Shown: piece by piece, positions 46,353-56,089 of the stretch
How the letters are laid out: each line of letters opens with the position of its first letter
Position numbering within the stretch: the first letter of the stretch is position 1
From: Nitriliruptorales bacterium
Lineage (GTDB): Bacteria; Actinomycetota; Nitriliruptoria; Nitriliruptorales; JAHWKO01
DNA: 64,000 nucleotides
Direction: 5' to 3'
Assembly: GCA_046263195.1 (NCBI GenBank)
Contig: JBHELG010000108.1
Coordinates: 2,293-66,292 of the forward strand
The notes under the pieces: generated by a model
Told to the model about the DNA's origin: nothing
Databases searched by the model: none
What the model saw: only the letters and a program-made list of their open reading frames with translations
Position numbers and translations under genes: made by a program

Positions 46353-47640
46353 GCTCCGGAGCGGGTGCTGGTGGAAACTGCGCGAGGTCCCGGTTGGCTG
46401 TGTGGGGTTCGAGGCAGCCTCGCGCTTCGAGCGCCTCGACGAGGTGCAGTGCCCGCGCGTCCCAAGATGTCGCGCGTTCGGCGGTGGTGCGGGCGTTCTT
46501 CCCCATCAACTCGCGCAGGACTGGGTCCTGAGCCAGACGCTCTATGGCGGCTACGACGGCTGATGCATCGTTGGTCGGGACGAGGAGTGATTCGACGCTG
46601 TCTCGGACAGTCTGGGCGACCTGACCGACCCGTGCAGCCACTACCGGCCGCCCGCACCCCAGATATTCATACAGCTTCAGTGGCGAATAATGGAACTCGT
46701 CTGAAGACGCGAGCAGCAGGCAGACGTCGAAGCTGCGGATCCAGCGCGGCACGTCTTTCGGTGCAGCGGGTCCCACCAGCCGGATCTGATCTGGTAGGGC
46801 CCGCGCCTGCTCCGCCATCTCGTTGTGGAGGGGCCCAGTGCCCACCAGGCAGAGGATGGCTTGGGGCACGCGCTCGCGTAGGCCTCTGGCGACGTCTGCG
46901 ACGAGCTCCAGGCCATGGAAGGGACGAAAGCCTCCTACCCAGCCCACCACCAAGCGGCCGTCGAGACCGTGCAAGCGACGCAGGTGCTGGTCGGGCTCCC
47001 CGGGGGAAAACGCGTTCAAGTCCACCCCGTTTGGGATCACGACCCGCTGCTGCGGATGAATGCCGAGCCTCCCGAGCTGGCTGTCGACGGCATCCGAGAC
47101 GGAGGCGACGAGGTCCGCCCGGCGGGCAATCCGCAACTCGCCAAACCGCTCCACGAACCGCCCGAACAGGGGGCGTGGCAGCCCCCAGGCCTCCTCCTCC
47201 TGCACCTCAAGCGCCTCGACACGAAGGACCAGAGGGGCGCCCACTTGTTGAGCGAGCGCCACGCCGCAACTATGGAAACGGTGGTGGAACTGCACCACCA
47301 GGCGGTAGCCGCGTGCTCGTAGGAGATCCCCGCGGGCGCGCATCCGACGGGCCTGCCGCCAGATGCGCAGGTCGCCGAGGAGCAGCCGTGAGCTGACGGG
47401 CAGGCGTCTCACCGCCGCCCGGGCAGGGCTGGACGAGAATGCCTCCTGGACGGCCTCCTCCTCGACCTGATCGGGGCTGAGCAGACCGCTGGGTGTGAGG
47501 ACGTCAGCGCCTCCCAGCAGGAGGCCGAGCGCTCGTGCCAGATGCGCTGCCGCAAGCCACTGCGAGTGAACTGTGGCGGACCGTCCCACCGAACTGGGCA
47601 GCACGACGAGAACGCCTCCTCGTTCCCCCGCAACCGTCAC
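46339..47640 (-). CDS. Family 4 (GT-B) glycosyltransferase
   Basis: In ORF 46339..47661(-). GTG 47640 lies 5 nt after AGGAGAG; the alternative is GTG 47661. Motifs VVIPNGVDLNAF and SPLKLYEYLGCGRPVVAARVG. Confidence 0.75.
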   Translation of the reverse strand: MTVAGERGGVLVVLPSSVGRSATVHSQWLAAAHLARALGLLLGGADVLTPSGLLSPDQVEEEAVQEAFSSSPARAAVRRLPVSSRLLLGDLRIWRQARRMRARGDLLRARGYRLVVQFHHRFHSCGVALAQQVGAPLVLRVEALEVQEEEAWGLPRPLFGRFVERFGELRIARRADLVASVSDAVDSQLGRLGIHPQQRVVIPNGVDLNAFSPGEPDQHLRRLHGLDGRLVVGWVGGFRPFHGLELVADVARGLRERVPQAILCLVGTGPLHNEMAEQARALPDQIRLVGPAAPKDVPRWIRSFDVCLLLASSDEFHYSPLKLYEYLGCGRPVVAARVGQVAQTVRDSVESLLVPTNDASAVVAAIERLAQDPVLRELMGKNARTTAERATSWDARALHLVEALEARGCLEPHTANRDLAQFPPAPAPEHGVG

Positions 47641-47733
47641 GGTGCTCTCCTGCAACGACACGAAGAAGCGGAGGGCTCACGAGAGCCGCCGCTGCGGAAA
47701 TGTCCCATATGGCCTCAAAGAGTAATTGTAGAG

Positions 47734-48720
47734 TTACCCTAAGTCGAGTGACGTGTGCCCCTCGTATCCCAGGCGGACCGTGGTGGCCTTCAGCTGGGGG
47801 ATGATCCTGCCGATCTCGTGCGCTCGATCGCGCCACTTCTCAGGACGCGGCGGGGAAACCGCGCCCACGGGGTGCTCGTTCAGGTGGCGGGCCCTGTCGA
47901 GGACCCTCTCACTGGGCGGCAGGTCGAATCGCTCCAACAGGCGGCTTACCTCGAGGACAGGTTCGGCGACCAGACGTTCGAATGCCACTTCCACCCAGGA
48001 GCCTGCGGGGAGGTACTGGCGATCAACGAGGGCCGTCTCGTTCGAGCGGACGTATTGCAGGGCCGCCACCTCGGCAAACGAGGAGCGGGCTCGCTCGCGC
48101 CACCCCGGCGGCAGGATGTAGCTCCACAGCCGTCCCCGGTACTCCGCCAGGTCGAGCGCCGTCGGCAGGCGATACGAGATCCCCCGACGGGCTTGCCAGC
48201 CCTCGATGAGGGAGCTGACTGTGTCCGGGCCGTCGCGCTTGATGAACACGAAGGTGGCGTCCGGAAACAGCGCGGCAAGGTAGGGGAGCCGCAACACGTT
48301 CTTCGGGGTCTTGTCGATGAAGCGCAGACCCTGGGAGATATGGCGGATGGCGGTGTAGAGGTAGCCACGCTCGCCTGCTGCAATGTCCTCCGCGGTGGCC
48401 CTGTCGGACGCCCATCCCTTGCGGCGGGGGTGCTGATAGTTGCTCCAGAGTATGTGGCCCTCTCCGGTCAGGCCCTGCAGGGCCTCATGACGACGGAGCA
48501 GATCGAACAGCATGCTGGTGCCGGAACGGGGGCAGCCCACGAGGAAGACCGGTGCCCGGGGCGGCTCATTGAAGCCCTGTCGTGCGGCGAGAGTCTGCAA
48601 CCGCAGCATCGCCGCGCGCCTGCGGGCCGCTTGGTGCAGGAAGGCCAGGTGCGTGCGTGCGTCCTCCACCTGTTTACGACGACTGCGGGTAGCACACACC
48701 AGTACACCCCGTTGTGCCAT
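47734..48720 (-). CDS. Sulfotransferase family protein
   Basis: ORF 47734..48720(-). PAPS loop VFLVGCPRSGTSMLFDLL; FVFIKRDGPDTVSS. The start could be the internal ATG 48609. Confidence 0.75.
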   Translation of the reverse strand: MAQRGVLVCATRSRRKQVEDARTHLAFLHQAARRRAAMLRLQTLAARQGFNEPPRAPVFLVGCPRSGTSMLFDLLRRHEALQGLTGEGHILWSNYQHPRRKGWASDRATAEDIAAGERGYLYTAIRHISQGLRFIDKTPKNVLRLPYLAALFPDATFVFIKRDGPDTVSSLIEGWQARRGISYRLPTALDLAEYRGRLWSYILPPGWRERARSSFAEVAALQYVRSNETALVDRQYLPAGSWVEVAFERLVAEPVLEVSRLLERFDLPPSERVLDRARHLNEHPVGAVSPPRPEKWRDRAHEIGRIIPQLKATTVRLGYEGHTSLDLG

Positions 48721-48842
48721 GAGGGGACGAGCGCACCCACCTCGCCGGCGAGGGTCGCTCTTACGACCTACGGTGAGGTTAGATGTACAAATGGTCAGCT
48801 ACGAGTGACGTGCGTCACATGCGACGAAGCAGGCGTAGCCTG

Positions 48843-51317
48843 TCACCCCCCGCCCCAGCCCTGGTCCTCGGGCTCACCGTCCTGCGGTCTGGGCTTGTCA
48901 TGGCGCATCTGCTCCATCCACTCCTGTGGTCGTCGCGCCAGGCGGGAGAGCCAGCGGCGCAGAAGGTTGCGGCTCCCCCCGTGACGACGCACGATGAGGA
49001 AGGGAGTGGAGGACCGCTGGGCCAGCTCCTCGCGAATGTCGCCGATGGACTCCTGATCATCGAGCCAGTGGTCACTGACCCCCATGACAAGGAAATCGTT
49101 GTGGGTCGCTCGCCGTGCTATGACCTCCGCAACGTCTCCCTCGACCGGCAGCGCCTTCGTCCACACTCCGCTGCGCTCGTATGCGTCCGCGGCCTGCTGT
49201 GCGAGTTGGGAGTCACCTTCCGCGGATCCTGGGCCGATCAGGGTCACTTCAGCATTCGCGGAGGCGCCCAGCCGGAGAGCGAGATCGAGGCCGGCGTCCT
49301 CGTGAAAGCCGCCACCATACGGCACGAGAATCCGGGCACGGTCGGGCAGCGCCATCGTCAGCCGATCCGGGGCGAAGAGCACCGCCACGTCGGCCTCGGC
49401 GTCGCGCAGCACGTCGCCTACGGTGCCTCCGAACAGCCGGTCGCCGAACACCGCCCGGTGGTGCCGAGAAGTACGAGGCCCGCCTCGCGTTCGTTCGAGA
49501 CGCGAGCGATCGTGTCCCCGATCGCCGAGGACGACACGACTAGCGGGACCGCCTGAAGCCCTCTCTCCTCGATCTGAGTGACCAGGGGACGCAGGCTGTC
49601 CGCAGCCTGCTCTATGAGGGACTCCTGCACGAAAGGTGTCATGGTGTAGCCCGACCCCGGAGGTTGGACGACGCGCAGGAGCGTGATCCCTGCCTGCTCA
49701 GCCTCGTGGCCGACGGCGAGCATGCTCGCCACCCGGGCAAGCTCGCCGGCAGTGTTGGGGTTGACAACAGGGACGAGGATGCGCCGCCTCGGCGGGGGGA
49801 CGGCGGCTTCACCCTCCTCGGCCGCCTGCTCCGCGAGCAACTGTCTCTGCAGGTCGCGAGGGTAATGAAGGGCGAGCAGTGGCTCGGTCATGATGGTCGT
49901 GACAACCGCCATGATCACGAGCATGGCGAAGAGGGTCGACGGCAGAACACCGAGCTGCAGGCCGACGTTGAGGATGATGAGCTCGGTCAGACCCCGGCAG
50001 TTCATGAGCACACCGAGAGCGGACGACTCCCGCCAATTGAGGCCGACCACCCGAGCCGCCAGCGTCGTACGGCCCCACTTGCCGGCAATCGCCACGACCA
50101 GGACGAGCAGAGTGAGCAGCCAGAGCTGGGGCGAGCCGATGCGGCCGATCTCGGTCCGCAGCCCGCTGAAGGCGAAGAAGATCGGTAGGAGGAAGAGCAC
50201 AGCGAAGTGTTCGACCTTCTCGGTGACCTCCCGCACGAAGGCCGGTCGATGTGGCATGACCGCTCCGAACAAGAACGCCCCGAAGATGACGTGAATCCCG
50301 ATGCGGTCGGTTATGAGCGCGCTGAGGATGATCCCGATGAACAGCGCGGCCAGGATCCCGGCGCTGAGCCGGCCACGCTCCTCGTGGTAGCGAGCCAATC
50401 GCTGCATGAAGAGACGGACGCCGTAGATCATGAAGACGATGAACGCGAGGGACAGGGCGATCGTCACGAGGGCACCGGGCGGCGCCGGTTGCCCGTGCGA
50501 TCGTCACGACAACCGCGAGCATGCACCATGCGGTGACATCGTCCACCGCCGCGCAGGTGAGGGTCACGGCGCCGAGCTTCGTCTGTAGAGACCGCGCTCG
50601 GTCAGGATCCGCGCGAGCACCGGGAAGGCCGTGATGCTCATCGACGCGCCGATGAACAGTCCGAACGAGGTGAATCGCCCCTCACCAGAACCCAGCATCG
50701 GGAAGAGAACCAGGGCGAGCGCCACACCGGAAAGAAACGGGACGATGATGCTGGCGTGGCTGACCCATACCGCGGCGTGTCCCCTTCCGCGGATGAGGCG
50801 GATGTCGAGTTCGAGGCCCACGAGGAACATGAACAGGATGAGGCCCACGTTCGCCAGGAGATCGAGGAAAGGCATGATCTCCGCGGGGAAGAGGACCTCC
50901 TCAAACGGGGCCACACTGCACCGAGTGCCGAGGGGCCAGCAGGATTCCGGCGATGATCTCGCCGATCACCTGAGGCTGGTTGATCTTTCCATGGCAGCGC
51001 CGACCAGCCTCGCGGCGACGATGATGACGCTGGAGGCGAGCAGCAGCCGCCACAGCACGTTCGGCACCGCCGCCTACGGCCCCGCCGCCTGCCTCCTCAG
51101 GTGGAGGCGCCCGCAGGCCCCGGCCGACGGTGAGCAGGAACTGCAACGCGAGGAGAATGCTGACGACGAGCGCGGCGTAGAGGATTGCGATCCTCCTACG
51201 GTTGCCGCTACCGAAACGCTCGGAGGCGCCTCCTTGCCTGCACCGGCCTGCAGCTCGGCCTCTGCCAGGTCGTGGGTCTCCGGACGCCTGTCGCGTCCTC
51301 CTCTCCCCATCTGGCAT
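48843..51317 (-). pseudogene. CPA2 (Kef-type) cation:proton antiporter fused to tandem universal-stress-protein-like domains, broken by at least six single-base indels
   Basis: Colinear antiporter segments are spread over all three reverse frames:
- VPNVLWRLLLASSVIIVAARLVGAAM (from GTG 51067)
- GKINQPQVIGEIIAGILL
- GPSALGAVWP
- PFEEVLFPAEIMPFLDLLANVGLILFMFLVGLELD... (ORF 50564..50914)
- QTKLGAVTLTCAAVDDVTAWCMLAVVVTIARATG
- ALVTIALSLAF... (ORF 49418..50467)
- AVFGDRLFGGTVGDVL... (ORF 48843..49451)
The junctions fall in or next to G or C runs. The true 5' end is uncertain, between 51067 and 51317. Confidence 0.65.
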
Positions 51318-51423
51318 CCTCAGGTCAATGCGGATCTCTGCGACGCCAGTTCGGGTAGTGCCGAAGACGAGTGAACGGGCGAGGCCATCTCTGGGCCTCC
51401 TGGCCTGCCGCCCGCGCCCCGGC

Positions 51424-52113
51424 CTACCGCCCGGTAATCAGAGGAGGCGGATCCGCTTGGTCCGGCGGGTCGACGAGACCGAGGCGCATGGCTTTGGCGA
51501 CCGCCTCGAGCCGGGATCCGACGTCGAGCTTGCCGAGCAGGTTGCGGACGTGCGTCTGCACCGTTTCGGCGCTGATACCGAGCGACTGGGCGATCGTGCG
51601 GTTCGTCTCCCCCTGGGCGAGGAGGGCAAGGACCTCCCGCTCTCGCGGCGAGAGGCTATCGCCGAGGAGCCGCGCGTACCAGTGGCGGTCGCGTGCTGCT
51701 GCCAGCGCTTGCAGACACCTTGCGGAGTCGGTCGCTGCGAGCAGGCTGGCTCCACCAGCGATGGTCCGAACGGCGGAGATGAGCTCGACTATTTCCACTG
51801 TCTTGTGAAAGACGGCCGCTGCTCCCGCCTCGATCGCCCGTCCGAGCTCGACGTCGTCGAGCAGTCCGGTGAGGACGAGGCAGGCCGTCGTGGGACTGTT
51901 GCGCCGGATGTCTGCCAGGGCGTCTATTCCGTCGGCTCCTGGGAGATCGAGGTCGACGATCGCAACGTCGGGCCGGCGTTCGGCTGCGGCCTCGCCTGCC
52001 ACGTCCCCTCTGCCGACGTGCGCGACAACCGTGAGGTCATCTTCGAGGGCCATGACGGCCTCGAGCGCTTGCCGGAAGCTGGCGTGGTCTTCGACGAGCA
52101 TGAGCGTGATCAT
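51424..52113 (-). CDS. NarL/FixJ (LuxR-type HTH) response regulator
   Basis: ORF 51424..52113(-). Receiver domain MITLMLVEDH...VAIVDLDLPGADG. HTH region LSPREREVLALLAQGETNRTIAQSLGISAETVQTHVRNLLGKL. The ATG overlaps the kinase TGA (ATGA). Confidence 0.85.
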   Translation of the reverse strand: MITLMLVEDHASFRQALEAVMALEDDLTVVAHVGRGDVAGEAAAERRPDVAIVDLDLPGADGIDALADIRRNSPTTACLVLTGLLDDVELGRAIEAGAAAVFHKTVEIVELISAVRTIAGGASLLAATDSARCLQALAAARDRHWYARLLGDSLSPREREVLALLAQGETNRTIAQSLGISAETVQTHVRNLLGKLDVGSRLEAVAKAMRLGLVDPPDQADPPPLITGR

Positions 52114-53720
52114 GAGGCCAGCTTCACCTCGATGACGACCCTCGCGCCGGTGCCTGCTGCTTCATCCACCGTCTCGATTCGCAGTGAGCCATCATGAGCT
52201 TGCGCTATACGCGAGGCCACATACAGCCCCACGCCCCGGCCCTCCGTCTCCCTTCCACTCACACCACGGGCGTAGCGGCGCAGCACCCGCTGACGCTCCT
52301 CTCCGGGGATGCCGGGACCTTCGTCGCTGATGGCCAATTGGTAGCGGCCAGTGTCGAGGATGTGCCCCTCGATCGTGATCGGACTGTCCGCTGGCGAGTA
52401 TCGAATGGCGTTCCCGAGGACGTTCCGCAGAGCTTGGCCGAGTCGAACGGGATCCGCTTCGACGAGGGCGTCACTGCACTGCAGCGACACGGAATGGCCG
52501 TCGGGGATGCCTTGAGCAAAGCGGACAAGGTCCTCGAGGATCGGGCGGATGCGTACCGGTCGGAGCTGGCAGCGGAACTCGCTCAGCTCGAGGTCGCGGA
52601 GTTCTTCCATGCGGGCCACGAGTTCCATGAGCCGGTTCGCCTCCGCCTTTATGCCCAAGATCGCTTGCCTGCGTCTGTCGGCTGCTGTCGACGTCTCGAG
52701 CACGTGGGAATACGCCCGGATGGTGGCGATCGGTGTGGCGAGTTCGTGGGAGACGATGGTGCGGAAGTCATGCTCGTGCTCAGCGAAGGCGCGCAGGTCC
52801 TCGAGCAGGGCCTGCTGGCTGCGCAGGTCGCGCTGCTGCTCTTGGAGTGCCACCGAGCGGCTGCGGTACAGCCGCTTCAGCTGAACGAAGGCACCACCGA
52901 CCAGCAGCAGAAAGGACACAAACCTCAGCGGGTCCGCGGTTGTGAGAATCGGACCGAGGAACGCGGGATAGAGGATCTCGTGGATCTGGGCGAACACCTG
53001 GACGATGAGCGCCAGGGACAGCCAGATGTACTCCGGGGCGAGGTTGCGCAGATAGAGCCGACCGGCGAGGCCCGCCCCGACCGCGAACAGCGCGGCGGGC
53101 GCCAACTGCAGGAAGATGTGGAGTTCAGGCCCGGTCACGACCACCGCCGGTGCGAGCGGACTACCGGTGATGTGCACATGGGTCGGCAAACGGCTTGCCA
53201 TCACGGCGAGCCCGCCCTCGACGAGTGCGAGCAGGCCGAGTCCCAGTGCGAGGTAGCGGACGAGCCCCATGCGGGGCCGTTCGAGCCCAACGCAGACGAA
53301 CAGGGCGCTGATCACCCACCGGGCGGCGACCCAAGGGTAGAAGGCGAGCTCGTGGCTCGGTGTGACCTCGTTCGCGGCGAACACGGGAAGCACACCGAAG
53401 AATCCGTTCGAGACCGCGAGCACGGTGAGGGCGGCCGCAAACGCGTTGCGCGCCGGCCTCACGTCGATCTCGTTCGGCACGGCGAGTATGAGAGCCGCGA
53501 ACAACACCGCCCCGGCGCCGGCAAGCTCGAGGAGCGGGCGCAGGTTCGGCAAGAAGAGCGAGAGCCGAAGCCCGGGGCTGACGAGCGTGGCGATGGTGAG
53601 ACCGGCCCCCAAGGTCAGAGCCGCAACCTGAGCGACACGCAAGAGAAGGCGGTGACGCGGCAGGGCGGGCCCCGGGGCCCACGCCTCAGCCCTCCGGTGT
53701 GACATGTTGGTTCCGGTCAC
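52110..53720 (-). CDS. Sensor histidine kinase with polytopic N-terminal membrane domain
   Basis: ORF 52110..53720(-). About 8 TM helices, then H-box SHELATPIATI and ATPase boxes SDEGPGIPGEE and GRGVGLYVAS. Confidence 0.8.
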   Translation of the reverse strand: MTGTNMSHRRAEAWAPGPALPRHRLLLRVAQVAALTLGAGLTIATLVSPGLRLSLFLPNLRPLLELAGAGAVLFAALILAVPNEIDVRPARNAFAAALTVLAVSNGFFGVLPVFAANEVTPSHELAFYPWVAARWVISALFVCVGLERPRMGLVRYLALGLGLLALVEGGLAVMASRLPTHVHITGSPLAPAVVVTGPELHIFLQLAPAALFAVGAGLAGRLYLRNLAPEYIWLSLALIVQVFAQIHEILYPAFLGPILTTADPLRFVSFLLLVGGAFVQLKRLYRSRSVALQEQQRDLRSQQALLEDLRAFAEHEHDFRTIVSHELATPIATIRAYSHVLETSTAADRRRQAILGIKAEANRLMELVARMEELRDLELSEFRCQLRPVRIRPILEDLVRFAQGIPDGHSVSLQCSDALVEADPVRLGQALRNVLGNAIRYSPADSPITIEGHILDTGRYQLAISDEGPGIPGEERQRVLRRYARGVSGRETEGRGVGLYVASRIAQAHDGSLRIETVDEAAGTGARVVIEVKLAS

Positions 53721-54044
53721 CCATGCTCATTCAGCTCCGACTGTGCCGGTAGTGGCCGCTCTGCGACGGTTCCCACCCATACCGGTCCTCGACTCCCTCG
53801 CGGATCCTTTGGCACGGCTGCTTTTCGCCTCACACGATCCTCGCCCACATTCTCGTATGCCTGGGCGGGCCGTGCTCCGGCCCGACTCCGGGGGGCGGCC
53901 CCGACAAGCGTTGCAGCGCCCGACCCGCGGACGCTCGCAGGCCTCGGACGTCTTCCGGCCCGGCTATCCGTGATGCCCGGCCTGCCTAACTGATGGACGG
54001 GTGACATATGTGACTGGTGACCCAGTACACGCAATAATGACAAC

Positions 54045-54944
54045 GTGCCCAACACCGGGACTCCCAATACCGGGACGTACGACGTCCGACCGCGCGACGG
54101 ACCTGCTCGCCTGCAGCAGCAGCTCGGAGCCGCGCTGGCCGAACTGTTGCGACCCGGGACATATGTGGGGGCAGCCCGGGAGACTCTCTTCGCGCTCGTG
54201 CACGCCGCTGTGCATCCATTGGGGCTCTTGTCGGTGGAGGCACTTCAGGACGCCTTGGATGCCGAACGGGCGGTGGAGGCCATAGACCAGCGGCTCGCGC
54301 CGTCCACCGCGGCGATGCCTATCCTCCTCCTGCACGGCTACGTCATGAACCACAGCGCCTTCCTGGTCATGCGCCAGGCGCTGACGGAGGCCGGCTTTCG
54401 GCATGTGCGTGCCTTCAGCTATCCACAGTTCACGCACGGTGTCCCAGAGATCGCGCGAATGCTCAAGGTCGAAGTCGAGCGTGCGCTCGAAGCCGCCGGT
54501 GCGGAGAGGTGCAGCATCGTGGGCCACTCTTTGGGTGGGATCGTGGCCCGCTACTACGCCCAAGTCCTGGGAGGGGAGAATACGCTCGATACCGTGGTCA
54601 CATTGGGCACGCCGCACATGGGCACGTACGCGGCACACTTCGGCGTCGGACCGGTGGCGATGCAGCTGACCTATCAATCGCCGTTCCTGAACGAGCTGAG
54701 ACGAACGACTCGACCCAGCAGCGTCCGCTACATCTCCTATTACTCCGACCTGGACTTGTTCGTCGTGCCGGCGATCAGTGCGAAGTTGACGGACCCCTCG
54801 TTGCAGGCGACGAACATTCGTGTCCGCGACATCGGCCATCTGTCAATGCTGCTCTCGGGTGAGGTGGTGCAGAGCGTGGTCGATTATCTCGCCCACCCGG
54901 AACGCAGCCGGCCGACTACCAGGAGCTCAGCCGCCCCGGCCTGA
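54045..54944 (+). CDS. Alpha/beta hydrolase, lipase/esterase-like
   Basis: ORF 54045..54944(+). Oxyanion region ILLLHGY; nucleophile elbow VGHSLGG; TLGTPHMGT. Confidence 0.75.
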   Translation: MPNTGTPNTGTYDVRPRDGPARLQQQLGAALAELLRPGTYVGAARETLFALVHAAVHPLGLLSVEALQDALDAERAVEAIDQRLAPSTAAMPILLLHGYVMNHSAFLVMRQALTEAGFRHVRAFSYPQFTHGVPEIARMLKVEVERALEAAGAERCSIVGHSLGGIVARYYAQVLGGENTLDTVVTLGTPHMGTYAAHFGVGPVAMQLTYQSPFLNELRRTTRPSSVRYISYYSDLDLFVVPAISAKLTDPSLQATNIRVRDIGHLSMLLSGEVVQSVVDYLAHPERSRPTTRSSAAPA

Positions 54945-54997
54945 AACCGTAGCGCGCTTCGTGGGCCAAGATCTGCCAGTTCAGACCGTGCAGCTGC

Positions 54998-56089
54998 TCA
55001 GCGGCTGTCCGACAAGAATCGGCGCAACCGCTGCACAGCGAGGTGGAGATTTGCGAGCGGCACGTACTCACCGACCTGGTGAGATTGGCTCGTCAGCCCT
55101 GGCCCGTAGTTCAGCGCTGGCACCCCCGCCGCACTGAAGCGCGCCACATCCGTCCACGCCTGTTTGCCCGCGACCCGTGCGGCTGCTGCCCTCCGGAAGG
55201 CACCTACGAGGGGGGAGTCGAGGAGGGGCGGCGCGGGAGGTGCCCGGTCGACGACCTCTACCGCCCCACGGCCCCCAACCCATGCCCGCAACTCCGCTTC
55301 CGCCTCGTCCAACCCTCGATTGGGGGCAAAGCGGTAATTGAGGTTCACGTTGAAGCGGCCTGGGACGAGGTTGCGGGCATTGTCCGTCCAGGCCTGGGTT
55401 GCGGTCAGCACCTCCCGATAGAGGATGCCGTCGACGTGTACATCGACTGGCGAGCGTCGGTGGATCTCAGCCAGCGTCTCACCGGCCTTGGTCAGCGCGT
55501 TATCGCCGCTCCAGGGACGCGCGGAGTGTGCCTGCCGTCCCAGGAATGTCAGCCGGGCGTGCAGCCCGCCGAGGCAGCCAAGGTGGACCTCGAGATCCGT
55601 CGCTTCGAGCACTATGGCGAGGCCGGCTTCCTTGAGCCAGGGGACGGCGCTGAGCACTTCCGCGAGTCCGTTGCGTTCCTCGGGACCTTCCTCGCCGGAG
55701 TAGAGGACGAGTACCGGCGCGTATGGTGACAGGGACCGCAGGGCCGTGTCGCGGAACACTGCCTCGGCGACAACGATGCCTCCCTTCATGTCGGAAGTGC
55801 CGCGACCGACCACGATCACACCATCAGGGCGCCGCTCGATGCGGGGCGTGGCGTCAGCCTCCGTGGGGGGTACGACGTCGAGGTGTCCCACGAGCAGGAC
55901 CAGGGGGCGCTCGTCTGGCTCCCCGACGATCAGGTTGTCGCCGACCCGCACGAGTGCTTCGTCGGCGTACTCGTCCGCCAGCGCATCCGCGAGTGGGGCC
56001 TCCTGACCGGTCACGCTGAGGTAGCCGCAGAGCTCGACGAGACGGGCTGCGAGGTCGAAGCCAGGAAGTTCCTCGTCGGCTGTCCTCAC
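54998..56089 (-). CDS. dapE: Succinyl-diaminopimelate desuccinylase (M20 peptidase)
   Basis: ORF 54998..56089(-). GTG overlaps the dapD TGA (GTGA). Motifs LLVGHLDVVPP, GRGTSDMKGG, SGEEG. Gene context is dapD-dapE. Confidence 0.8.
   Translation of the reverse strand: MRTADEELPGFDLAARLVELCGYLSVTGQEAPLADALADEYADEALVRVGDNLIVGEPDERPLVLLVGHLDVVPPTEADATPRIERRPDGVIVVGRGTSDMKGGIVVAEAVFRDTALRSLSPYAPVLVLYSGEEGPEERNGLAEVLSAVPWLKEAGLAIVLEATDLEVHLGCLGGLHARLTFLGRQAHSARPWSGDNALTKAGETLAEIHRRSPVDVHVDGILYREVLTATQAWTDNARNLVPGRFNVNLNYRFAPNRGLDEAEAELRAWVGGRGAVEVVDRAPPAPPLLDSPLVGAFRRAAAARVAGKQAWTDVARFSAAGVPALNYGPGLTSQSHQVGEYVPLANLHLAVQRLRRFLSDSR

Noticed and set aside
47745-48812. Repeated 11-mer CGAGTGACGTG at 47745-47755 and 48802-48812, the second inside the palindrome GTGACGTGCGTCAC (48805-48818)
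   Set aside because: Many 11-mer repeats are expected by chance in 64 kb on two strands, and the first copy lies in coding sequence. The palindrome alone, in the 122-bp gap upstream of the sulfotransferase operon, might be an operator, but the support is weak.
38366-48842. Calling the HNH gene plus the sulfotransferase locus a tRNA-Glu-integrated genomic island
   Set aside because: I found no integrase, transposase, plasmid or phage genes, and no direct repeat of the tRNA-Glu 3' end. By eye, base composition and codon bias match the rest of the window. It is kept only as a question under the HNH finding.
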